A program made the position numbers and the translations under genes. This document shows positions 1-8,871 of a DNA stretch of 64,000 bases, piece by piece. The stretch's first letter is position 1, and each line of letters starts with the position of its first letter. Where the stretch lies: NCBI GenBank assembly GCA_963675595.2, contig CAXXLZ010000002.1, positions 128,001 through 192,000 on the forward strand. The letters are read 5' to 3'. A model generated the notes under the pieces. The model searched no databases and was not told the DNA's origin. It saw only the letters and a list, made by a program, of their open reading frames with translations. The stretch is from Thermodesulfobacteriota bacterium (GTDB taxonomy: Bacteria; Desulfobacterota; Desulfarculia; JACQYL01).

Positions 1-13
1 GCGGATTCCCGAG

Positions 14-655
14 TTGCTCAAGGCCGTCCGAATCCTGAAGAAGGAACTCGGCGACGACGTGCCTATTGTCGGCGGGATCATCGGGCCTTTTACCATCACC
101 GGGTCCCTCATCGACACGGTTCCTTTGTTGAAGGCCACCTTCAAGACACCGGAAAAGATCCGCCCGTTCATGGAAGTGGCGGAAAAAGCGGGCACCGAAC
201 TGGCAAAAGCTCTTATCGACGCGGGAGCGGACATCATCGCGGTCGAGGATATGACCGCCTCTCCGGAGCTCATCGCTCCCCAGACCTACGGAGATTACGA
301 GGTCGAATACCAGAGCAGACAGTTCAAGGCCATCTCAGTGCCCAAGATTCTCCACATCTGTGGAAACGTGGACAAGATCGTGCACTGGATGGGCGAGACC
401 GGTCCGGATGTCCTCAGCCTCGAGCCTAAGGCAAGTGCCAAACTCGCCCGGGAAAAATGTGGACCGGATATGATTCTCATGGGAGGAGTGGACACGGCCA
501 CCACGCTGTTCATGGAATCGCCCGAGACGGTGAAAAAAGGGTGCGAAGCCTCCATCGCCGACGGAATCCAGATATTGGCTCCCGGATGCGCCGTGGCTCC
601 GGGAACGCCCCTTGATAACCTGTTGGCCATGGTGGAAGTGGCTCGGAGCCGTTAA
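14..655 (+). CDS. MtaA/MtbA/CmuA-family methylcobamide methyltransferase (URO-D fold), 5'-truncated by window edge
   Basis: GPFT, ILHICGN, GGVD and LAPGCAVAPGTP motifs; next to a RamA-like gene. Confidence 0.8.
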   Translation: MLKAVRILKKELGDDVPIVGGIIGPFTITGSLIDTVPLLKATFKTPEKIRPFMEVAEKAGTELAKALIDAGADIIAVEDMTASPELIAPQTYGDYEVEYQSRQFKAISVPKILHICGNVDKIVHWMGETGPDVLSLEPKASAKLAREKCGPDMILMGGVDTATTLFMESPETVKKGCEASIADGIQILAPGCAVAPGTPLDNLLAMVEVARSR

Positions 656-688
656 GTTTTCCGGAATCAAGGCATCCGAAAGGCGTTT

Positions 689-898
689 ATGGAAACAACC
701 AAGGCCTGCACTCGTTGCGGCAATAAACATACGGACGCGGAGAAAGTCGCAGGGAAGCGTTTGTCCTGTACCGAAACCAAAGAGTTTTGGGCCGACATCA
801 GTAGAAGACATCTCGAGCTTTACGGTCACCGGGCTCATGCCACGACCAACGAAGCCGGAGAATGGATTTGCTGGGAGTGTAAACGCAGGCTTTGCTGA
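689..898 (+). CDS. Possible small Zn-ribbon protein (CxxC...CxxC)
   Basis: 69-aa ORF with CTRC and CWEC, co-oriented between the methyltransferase and RamA-like genes. Confidence 0.35.
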   Translation: METTKACTRCGNKHTDAEKVAGKRLSCTETKEFWADISRRHLELYGHRAHATTNEAGEWICWECKRRLC

Positions 899-1137
899 TT
901 TAAGCAACTCACCATGAAGAACGGATCGGACCCGGGGGAAGCCCTCTCACTTTTCACCACTCGAAAGAAGGGCATTCCTCGGGCGTGATGAATCCGGCAG
1001 TTCATCGAAAATGTCGGATTCTTGCAGGCGGACCCGACCGTCGCACCCATCCGGATGCACCGGGTTCGCCTCTTTTCTTGCGTTTTGTCGCGGAACACCC
1101 TTGCCGAAATGCACTTTCCACCCGTTTCCCATAGGAA

Positions 1138-2820
1138 GTGATCATGACCCGCATCGGTATTGCGATAGACCTGGGAACCAGCGGCTTCAGAGGACAGGCC
1201 CTGGATTTGGACCGGACCGGCCGTGTGCTCTCCACGGCGGTAACCGCGAGACATCCCCTGCCCGGAGCCAACGTGATGGATCATCTTCATTGCGCTCTCG
1301 AACTTGGAGTCGAGTGGGCGCAACAGGTGATTGTTTTCTCCGTCAACCGAATAGTCGCCGCTCTCGGCATCGATCCCCAACACGTGGTTCGCTTGGCCGT
1401 GTGCGGGAACCCGATCCAGTTGTCGATCTTTCAAGGGATCGAAATCCGAGACCTGGCCTACGCGGGTAAACGAAAACTCGAGGCATTGGGCGTGGTTCCA
1501 CCGGATCGCGACGCCCGGAAGATCAAGGCACGGGAAATCCCGGGGCTGGCGCTTCCGGGTGAGGCGGAGGTGCTCATTCCTCCGGCGGTCCGACACGAGA
1601 TAGGCGCCGACGCTCTAGCCATGATGATTCGGACGGGCATGCTGGAGAAAGACGAAATCGCCATCGCCACGGATTACGGCACGAACGCCGAAATGGCCCT
1701 CGTGGTGAACGGCACGGTCTACACCGGTTCCACCGCCGCCGGGCCGGCCCTGGAAGGCCAACAGATCGAAGATGGATTGCTGGCCCTGCCCGGAGCGATC
1801 TGCGAGGCCTCCTATCTGCGCGGTAACGCAGCTCCAGGCACCCAAGACGACTGCGGTCGCTTCGGAGTCCGGGTTCTGGACGAAGAGATGACGGCTCGCA
1901 CGGGGAGTACGGTCGATCCCTGTTCGGGAGAAACCCTGGAGCGCGGAGACGTGTCGGCCGTGGGCATAACCGGCACCGGGGTCGTTGCGCTCATCAGTGA
2001 GGGCATCAAGAGCGGACTCATCCAACCTCCGAAAATCAAGACCCCCGACGCCGCGATCCATCTGGCGGACGGAGTGAAGTTCTCGGAGAAGGACCTTTTG
2101 GAGGCCGGAAAAGCCATCGGTTCCGTCCGCGCCGGCCATTTCACACTCTGTCAAGAGGCGGGCATCAACCTCGAAGATGTTGAGGCGGCCTACATGTCGG
2201 GAGCCTCCGGTACGTATGTCAATGCCCTCAAAGCCCAACATCTGGGCATGATCCCTCCTGCCGTGAAGAAGATATATCAGGTGGGCAACACCTCCCTGGC
2301 CATGGCCCGAGAGCTGGTCTTGGATGCGGATGCCCTCTGGAAGATGAAGGAGGTCGCCGACGCCCTCAGACAACACCACTGCATGTTCGCCGTTTCCAAG
2401 ACGTTCGAGAAGGTCTATGTGCTTGAATTGTCCGTTTGGTCCGACGGTCTGACCATTGAGCAATACCGGATGTTCCTCAAGAAGTACAAACTCCCCACCC
2501 TTCCGGAAATCTCCGGCTCGGCCGAGGTCGTGAAAACGGAGGAGAAAGATATCGCCGAAGTGGGGGAATTGGGCCTGACAATCCTTACCGACGCGGGCAT
2601 GAAAAGGACTCTCGTATTCAGTGGCTGTGCCGGGGATTCTCTCTGTGTGGCGGAATGTCCGGAAAATGCACTCCGCATCCACGAAGCGGGAGAGGAGTTC
2701 GCCGTCACCATCGATCTCGCCCTCTGCAACGGTATGGCTTGCCGGAGATGCGAAACGATCTGCAACGAGCGGGCCTTTGACTGGGTGCGTCTGATCACCA
2801 TCGGAACCGGCTCTGCGTAA
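1138..2820 (+). CDS. ramA: Methylamine methyltransferase corrinoid protein reductive activase (RamA/RACo, ASKHA ATPase with C-terminal ferredoxin)
   Basis: IDLGTSGFR, HPLPGANVMDHL, DYGTNAEMAL, AAGPALEGQ, C-terminal ECPENA...CNGMACRRC. Confidence 0.85.
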   Translation: MIMTRIGIAIDLGTSGFRGQALDLDRTGRVLSTAVTARHPLPGANVMDHLHCALELGVEWAQQVIVFSVNRIVAALGIDPQHVVRLAVCGNPIQLSIFQGIEIRDLAYAGKRKLEALGVVPPDRDARKIKAREIPGLALPGEAEVLIPPAVRHEIGADALAMMIRTGMLEKDEIAIATDYGTNAEMALVVNGTVYTGSTAAGPALEGQQIEDGLLALPGAICEASYLRGNAAPGTQDDCGRFGVRVLDEEMTARTGSTVDPCSGETLERGDVSAVGITGTGVVALISEGIKSGLIQPPKIKTPDAAIHLADGVKFSEKDLLEAGKAIGSVRAGHFTLCQEAGINLEDVEAAYMSGASGTYVNALKAQHLGMIPPAVKKIYQVGNTSLAMARELVLDADALWKMKEVADALRQHHCMFAVSKTFEKVYVLELSVWSDGLTIEQYRMFLKKYKLPTLPEISGSAEVVKTEEKDIAEVGELGLTILTDAGMKRTLVFSGCAGDSLCVAECPENALRIHEAGEEFAVTIDLALCNGMACRRCETICNERAFDWVRLITIGTGSA

Positions 2821-2835
2821 CCCCGGAGGCGAGTC

Positions 2836-3468
2836 ATGATCCAAGAAACCATTATCAGAGCCCTGGTCGTCGCTTTGAAGCGTGTACGAGGCATCAGCGA
2901 GGTCTTGCCCTTGGACGATCAGGATCGTCTGCGTATCCAAGAAGTCGAGAACGAGGCTCAGGAACGTTCTCTCATGGGACTGGGCAAAGTAGTGAACGAC
3001 GGAGTCATCGAGGTTCTGAGTCGCCCCCTCGTTCTGGCGGCTCTTACAACGATGGAGTTCGACTGGGGGCTTCGTCCGAGTTTGGTGCTCAAGAAAGGCC
3101 CCGTCCTGGTGGGCGAGGAGGTTCGAGACCCCGACCGTTTGTCGGAGCTGGGCCGCAATGAAGACGCTTGGTTTATGCACGAGAATTTTGTAATCTACAA
3201 AAGCCGCATGTCCTTCCCGAGAGACCTGCTCACCAAGGACTGCTTCTTCGAGATTCCGTGGTATCCGGCGGAATGGGACGAACTCCAGGGCTTGGGATCG
3301 GGGGCGCCACCCATGATCTACGGCTTTGTGTCTCCCCCCGCGGATGCCTTTCTGAAGGAGAAATATTTCCCCACGGCTGAGGAAAAAGGAATGGGGACCA
3401 TCCTCATTGGAGTGGGCCTCCAACCCGGAGAAACCGACGGCAATCCCGCGTCGCCCGAAGCTGCGTAA
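2836..3468 (+). CDS. Hypothetical protein co-transcribed with ramA
   Basis: 210-aa ORF, GGAGG RBS, 15 nt after the ramA stop. Confidence 0.7.
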   Translation: MIQETIIRALVVALKRVRGISEVLPLDDQDRLRIQEVENEAQERSLMGLGKVVNDGVIEVLSRPLVLAALTTMEFDWGLRPSLVLKKGPVLVGEEVRDPDRLSELGRNEDAWFMHENFVIYKSRMSFPRDLLTKDCFFEIPWYPAEWDELQGLGSGAPPMIYGFVSPPADAFLKEKYFPTAEEKGMGTILIGVGLQPGETDGNPASPEAA

Positions 3469-3502
3469 CTTCCGTGACGCCGTCAATCAGTGAGGTCGCA
3501 CA

Positions 3503-4222
3503 TTGCGAATCGCCATACTACAGCACGATCCCGCCGACGGACCCGGCACTCTCGGCGCTTTTCTGAATGAGGCCGGAACGGATGTGTTCACCGTCAAATT
3601 GGATGCCGGGGAGTCGATTCCCCGGCCTGAAGACTTCGACGTTCTCATCTCAATGGGAGGTCCCATGCATGCATGGGACGAGAACGAGTATCCCTTCCTG
3701 GACGACGAGCTGATCCTCCTCCGGAAGGTCATTCCCGCCGGAGTACCGGTTTTCGGATTCTGCCTGGGCGGGCAACTCATGGCCAAAGCCCTGGGCGCCG
3801 AAGTGCGTCCCGCCGCCAAAACGGAAATCGGATGGAGAAACGTTGGGTTGACGGAGGCGGGACGAAGCCTCTCTCTATTCGACGGCCTGCCCGATGAAGT
3901 CCAGGTGTTCCAGTATCACTATGATACCTTCCAGATACCTTCGGGCGGAGAACTCCTGGCCTCTTCTCCGGACTGCCGAAACCAGGCTTTCCACCGTTTC
4001 AATGCGGTGGGTTTTCAATTTCACGTGGAAGTGGATCGAGCCATGTTGGAAGAATGGTTCAAAGACCGCGAGGATCGAGACGCGGTGCTCGAGGAATTGG
4101 CGCTGCGTTGGCCCACCTTTTCCGCTCAGATGCAGCGTTTCTACACCAACCTGGTGAAACTCGCCGAAGGAATGCTCCGCAAAACGACCACGGAAGAGAA
4201 CGGCCTGCGGAGGGCGTGCTGA
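3503..4222 (+). CDS. Type 1 glutamine amidotransferase (GuaA-like)
   Basis: MGGPM, GFCLGGQL nucleophile elbow, QFHVE catalytic His-Glu. Confidence 0.85.
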   Translation: MRIAILQHDPADGPGTLGAFLNEAGTDVFTVKLDAGESIPRPEDFDVLISMGGPMHAWDENEYPFLDDELILLRKVIPAGVPVFGFCLGGQLMAKALGAEVRPAAKTEIGWRNVGLTEAGRSLSLFDGLPDEVQVFQYHYDTFQIPSGGELLASSPDCRNQAFHRFNAVGFQFHVEVDRAMLEEWFKDREDRDAVLEELALRWPTFSAQMQRFYTNLVKLAEGMLRKTTTEENGLRRAC

Positions 4223-4300
4223 TCCCTCCACGAACCGATGGGCCTGCTCTGCGGGTCGGCCGATTTTGCGACCCGCTTCGTCATAGGTGACCCCGGAATT

Positions 4301-5770
4301 CTAAAGGGCGCGATTCCGGAATTCGGCATACTGAACCAGGGCCTGCGCCGCCCTCGCCGCGCGATCGGGTTCCGGAAACACCGGGATGCCCTCCTTGAGC
4401 ATGGCCTGCATGGCGTACTCTTCCATACTGCTGAACGTATACCCCACCACCGGTTTGTTCGCCGTCTTCATCAGATCCTTCATGGACACGGCAAGACTCC
4501 CCAGCAGCTTCTTGGTGTGTTCTTCGACCTCCGATTCGGGGATTCCCAACAACTTGACGGATTCGGCCACCAATCGAGAGGGTACTAGGAAGTACATGAG
4601 AAGAATATCCCCGTTTTCGTCTTCAATGAGAGCCTTGGGGATATCGGAAAAGTACTGGAATGGATTCTTGAAGAACGTAATGTCCACGGGATTGTTTACG
4701 CTGGCGGTTGGGGGAATGAACGACCGCAGCTGTTCCACCGTGGAAGTGGAAAGCAGGGGAAGATCGAGTCCAGCGCGGCCGCAGGAGTCCGCCGCAGCGG
4801 CGCCGGGGCCGCCGGAGTGCGTTTGGATGACCACACGGTTTCCCCGCGGGCAAGGCAAGGCTCCCAGCACGGAGCAGAAGTCAAAAAGCTCGGTGACCGT
4901 TCGGGCCCGAATCACCCCGGCCTGTTTGAAGGCGCCGTCGTAAAGGCGGTCCGGGCCGGCCAATGAACCGGTGTGTGAAAAACCCGCCCGCCTGCCCGAT
5001 TCGGACCCCCCGACATACAACGCCACGATGGGTTTGTGGGGAACGATTTCACGAGCCAGCCGGACGAACTCGGCTCCTCTCTTGATTCCCTCGATGTAGA
5101 GGGCGATAACCCGCGTATTGGGACACACTCCCAAATATTCAAGGCAGTCCACGATATCGACATTCGCCTCGTTTCCCACGCTGAAGGCCGTACTGAAGCC
5201 GATCTCCTGCCTCGAAAGGAATCCGAACATCTGGGTGACGAAACTCCCGCTCTGAGAAGCCATTCCGATGAAACCCGGCTTGCCTTCGAAAGGGAGAAAT
5301 GTCGTGTTCAGGCGGTGGTGAGGATTGGCGATACCGATGCAATTGGGGCCTATAAATCGAATTCCATGCTTCTTCGCGGTATCCACCAACTCCTTTTCCA
5401 GGTCTTTTCCTTCTCCGCCCACCTCTCGGAACCCGCCTGAAACCACGATGGCACGTCGGATGCCTTTCTCACCACACTCATCAAGCACTTGCGATACGGC
5501 TCCGGTGGGGATCACCACAACGGCCAGGTCCGGAACCTCGGGCAAATCCGCGACACGACGATAGGCTTTGAGCCCTTGGACCGTTTCGTCTTTGGGATGC
5601 ACGGGATAGATTCTACCGCCGTAGTTCAGGCCGAGTACGGACGATATCAGGCTGGTGCCCATGGAGTTGGGATTGTTGGAGGCACCGAAGAACACAATAC
5701 TCTCCGGATGGGTCATACGGTGGAGGGGACTTTCTTCAGGCGACCGAATCATGGAGTCCTTCCCGTTCAA
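4301..5770 (-). CDS. Acyl-CoA synthetase (NDP-forming) alpha-subunit family, CoA-binding protein
   Basis: GPNCIG, SQSGS, SVGNEA, SHTGSLAG phospho-His loop, NNPVD. Confidence 0.85.
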   Translation of the reverse strand: MNGKDSMIRSPEESPLHRMTHPESIVFFGASNNPNSMGTSLISSVLGLNYGGRIYPVHPKDETVQGLKAYRRVADLPEVPDLAVVVIPTGAVSQVLDECGEKGIRRAIVVSGGFREVGGEGKDLEKELVDTAKKHGIRFIGPNCIGIANPHHRLNTTFLPFEGKPGFIGMASQSGSFVTQMFGFLSRQEIGFSTAFSVGNEANVDIVDCLEYLGVCPNTRVIALYIEGIKRGAEFVRLAREIVPHKPIVALYVGGSESGRRAGFSHTGSLAGPDRLYDGAFKQAGVIRARTVTELFDFCSVLGALPCPRGNRVVIQTHSGGPGAAAADSCGRAGLDLPLLSTSTVEQLRSFIPPTASVNNPVDITFFKNPFQYFSDIPKALIEDENGDILLMYFLVPSRLVAESVKLLGIPESEVEEHTKKLLGSLAVSMKDLMKTANKPVVGYTFSSMEEYAMQAMLKEGIPVFPEPDRAARAAQALVQYAEFRNRAL

Positions 5771-5880
5771 TAGCGACGGGGGCGCCTTGAAGAAGCCCCC
5801 GTGCGTGGTTCATTTGCTTTAACCGTTGAGCCCGGAGTCCGGAGAAACCCACGGCCGTGCTCTCTCCAAGCGGTTTTTCC

Positions 5881-6297
5881 TCACAACTCCAGGTCTCGAA
5901 CAGTTGTGAGCATCTCAAGAAAAGAGCGAAGTTCCGGGCCTCCGATGGCCGATTCAAGCTCGGTCTCGAGGGCTCTCACTTCCGAGGTAATCGCCTGGGC
6001 CAGCTCCCGCGTCTTGTCGGTCAGCCGGATCACAATCAGCCGAGCGTCCGTGGGGTCGGGATCTCGCGTAACGTATCCCATACTCTCCAAGCGTTTAATC
6101 ATGGCCACCGCCGCAGCCTTGCCGACACCGGCTTGTTTCGCGAACCGCCCCAGGCTCAGTTCCTGTTCCCGGGCGATGATGCCCAGAGCCATGGCCTGCT
6201 GAACGGTGAGCCCGAAGGGCACAAGAATGCGATTGTACAGGGCCGTGATCTTTTTCATGGCCTGCATCATGGACGTGCAAAGAAAATAGCGAGGCAT
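5881..6297 (-). CDS. MarR-family transcriptional regulator (start uncertain)
   Basis: GLTVQQ...RLESMGYVTR...DAR...LTDK winged-helix pattern. Confidence 0.8.
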   Translation of the reverse strand: MPRYFLCTSMMQAMKKITALYNRILVPFGLTVQQAMALGIIAREQELSLGRFAKQAGVGKAAAVAMIKRLESMGYVTRDPDPTDARLIVIRLTDKTRELAQAITSEVRALETELESAIGGPELRSFLEMLTTVRDLEL

Positions 6298-6555
6298 GGG
6301 GAGATCTGAACGCATACAAACGTTTGTTATCAAACGGCCGATGGACGGTCAAGGTATTCTTCCGATGCCGGGGACATCAAAAAGAATCTCATGTTCTTGC
6401 ACATCTTCCGTGCTATAGGTACATTTCGTTCATAAGCACGGATGGTTGCCAAGACCCTCATGACGGCGTCCGCTGAGCTTCCATCCGAAACCTTTCCGCC
6501 TAGTCAACCATCGCTCGGAACCCGGTCCTCCACCGGGACACCACCAGGAGTCGCC

Positions 6556-7878
6556 ATGGAGACATCTCCAGGCACCATCCGGCCCTCGTCCGAAGAAGGT
6601 TCGGAAAACCGGCCTTCCCTCTCTTCCAAGACTTCACCCACGAAACAGCAATTGGCTCAAGCCGCTCTCCTGGCCGGGGGTGAGCAGTATCGGACCCTGT
6701 TGGAAGCTTCCCCGGATCCCATCGCCGTCTATGACCTGGACGGCGCGGTGGTTTACCTCAATAAATCCTTTCAGACGACTTTCGGGTGGTCCCTGGAAGA
6801 GTTGCTCGCCAAGCGAATCCCATTCGTGCCCCCGGAAGCCGAACCGGAAACCCGCGAAGCCATCGGTCGAATCATGTCCGGCGAGGAGGTCGTCAACTTC
6901 GAAACCCGGAGACTCACCCGATACGGCGGAATCCTGGAGGTCCAGATCAGCTCCGCGCTCTTCAAGGACGCTTCCGGCCGTCCGGTGGGCGGCATTGTCA
7001 TCCTCAGGGACATCACGGAACGCAAACATATGTACCGGGCTTTGTTTCAATCCGAGTCCAAATACCGGGCCATTTTCGAGAACACGGTCACGGCGACCGC
7101 CCTTCTGGACCGCCAAGGTCGGATCACCCTGGCTAATTCCGAGTTCGAACGGCTGCTCCGCATCGATCGAACCGAGCTCCAAGGAACCCGGCAATGGCTT
7201 GAGTGTTTCTTTGATAAGGAACCGGAGCAATGGCTTGCCCCGGAGGGTGAATTTGCCCCTCACAAGAGGCGTGCCCCGCTCAAGTTCGAGACTCGGGTCA
7301 GAAACCGGCATGGGCACGAAAAATTCGTCTTGGGACAGATCGCCGAGGTTCCCGGCACGCCGGACCGGATTCTATCTCTGTTGGACATGACGGAACGAAT
7401 TACGGCCGAACGGGAATTAAAGAAGCGGGACGAAGAGTTGCAGGCGCAATGTGCCCATCTCGAAGAAGCCCACGCAGCCCTGAAAGTGCTCCTTCGGCAC
7501 AGGGAGAATGATCGCAGGGAGATCGAGAACGATCTGCAGTTCAATGTGGCCAGGCTGGTCCTGCCTTTGCTGCAGGCGATGAGAAGCCGGGTACATCAAC
7601 CGGAAGCCGTGTCTTTGCTCGAGGTCATCGAGAGCAACCTGCGAAACATCGTCTCCCCTCTCCTGAGACGAATCTCTTCGGAATATTTCGGATTGACCCC
7701 CATGGAGGTCAAGATCGCGGGCTTGGTCAAAGAGGGCAAGACTACCAAAGAAATCTCAGTGTTACTTCACGTCTCCGACAATACGGTCATTTTCCATCGG
7801 AACAACATACGTCGCAAGCTCGGGCTCAGAAACCGAAAGACGAGTCTGAAAAGTTTTCTGACCTCCCTGGAAGACTGA
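6556..7878 (+). CDS. PAS-PAS-LuxR transcriptional regulator
   Basis: Two PAS repeats (RDITERK, DMTER) and C-terminal LTPMEVKIA...HRNNIRRKLGL; AGGAG RBS before 6556. Confidence 0.85.
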   Translation: METSPGTIRPSSEEGSENRPSLSSKTSPTKQQLAQAALLAGGEQYRTLLEASPDPIAVYDLDGAVVYLNKSFQTTFGWSLEELLAKRIPFVPPEAEPETREAIGRIMSGEEVVNFETRRLTRYGGILEVQISSALFKDASGRPVGGIVILRDITERKHMYRALFQSESKYRAIFENTVTATALLDRQGRITLANSEFERLLRIDRTELQGTRQWLECFFDKEPEQWLAPEGEFAPHKRRAPLKFETRVRNRHGHEKFVLGQIAEVPGTPDRILSLLDMTERITAERELKKRDEELQAQCAHLEEAHAALKVLLRHRENDRREIENDLQFNVARLVLPLLQAMRSRVHQPEAVSLLEVIESNLRNIVSPLLRRISSEYFGLTPMEVKIAGLVKEGKTTKEISVLLHVSDNTVIFHRNNIRRKLGLRNRKTSLKSFLTSLED

Positions 7879-8322
7879 GGCACACCCCCGTCCGACCAAG
7901 ATCGGCCGGCGATGTTGCGCCGACACCTAGTGGTTTTCCCCCCTATTTCCCCACCAGATTCCCATTGTTCCCTTGCACTCACGAGTGTGCTAACTTGATA
8001 GCCAACGTGGGTGAAACCCGTGCAGTCGCTCCTCCCTTCAGGTAACCGGTCCTTCGCTTCAACAGATGGGCGGGCGCCCAGCCGACACAAGTCCCTGCCC
8101 GGATTTGAGTATCGCCCACCGGGGTGCCCCGCCCGTCTTCTCTTTCGCCTCGATCGGACCGTTGGAACGGTTGTCGGCGAAGGCCCGTTGTGCCGCCCGA
8201 CCGTACCCTTTCATCAGATCACCCACCCGGCTCACAGGGTCGAGAACCGGCCATGCCGGCGGCCCCGGAGGAAAGCGCCGCCCCATGGAGAGAACCAAGC
8301 ACGCCTTCAAAGGAGGTGGACC

Positions 8323-8646
8323 ATGATTAGAGCAACAACCCTGATCGCATTGGCCGTCCTGTTTTCGACGGTTGCGGCGTCGTGGGCCTTTCAGGAGTGC
8401 CCCAAAGAGTATTACGATCAGTGCGTGGACGAAATGATCAACAAATGCCGGCGACAATCGGAAATGACCGGCAGCTGGAGCGATCGCCTTCGCATGGACG
8501 CCGCGTTGGAGGGGCGCAAGCTCAATTTCTATTCGGATCGACGGCAGGATTTGGTGGAAGCCTTGAAGGAACAAGAAATCGAGTGCAGGCCTCACCCGGT
8601 GGAACACTTTCTCATCAAGACGTACTACCGGGTCGAAGGACGTTGA
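8323..8646 (+). CDS. Small secreted hypothetical protein
   Basis: AAGGAGG RBS; signal peptide ending ASWA. Confidence 0.65.
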   Translation: MIRATTLIALAVLFSTVAASWAFQECPKEYYDQCVDEMINKCRRQSEMTGSWSDRLRMDAALEGRKLNFYSDRRQDLVEALKEQEIECRPHPVEHFLIKTYYRVEGR

Positions 8647-8871
8647 CACGGGTTTGTCGTTCGGGACGCTCTCCAGGAGAAGGGAATCCCGACTGATCTA
8701 AGAAGGCGAAGCGTTGCCGCCGCTTGTGTACCACGGAATGCTCCAATCTCCCGGATCAAGTTCAATCAAACGTCCCGAAGGCTGGGGAGCAAAACAGAGA
8801 CCTTTTCAAAGAAATAGGGGGAACTTCTTTGGGAAGCTCCCCCCGATCTCACGGATTCATGCCGTCGAGCA

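Noticed and set aside
1615-3486. Long antisense ORFs (also 33604-35085, 35230-37065, 42937-44706, 47745-49430, 57046-58557)
   Set aside because: They overlap well-supported genes, as expected in GC-rich DNA, and carry no motifs.
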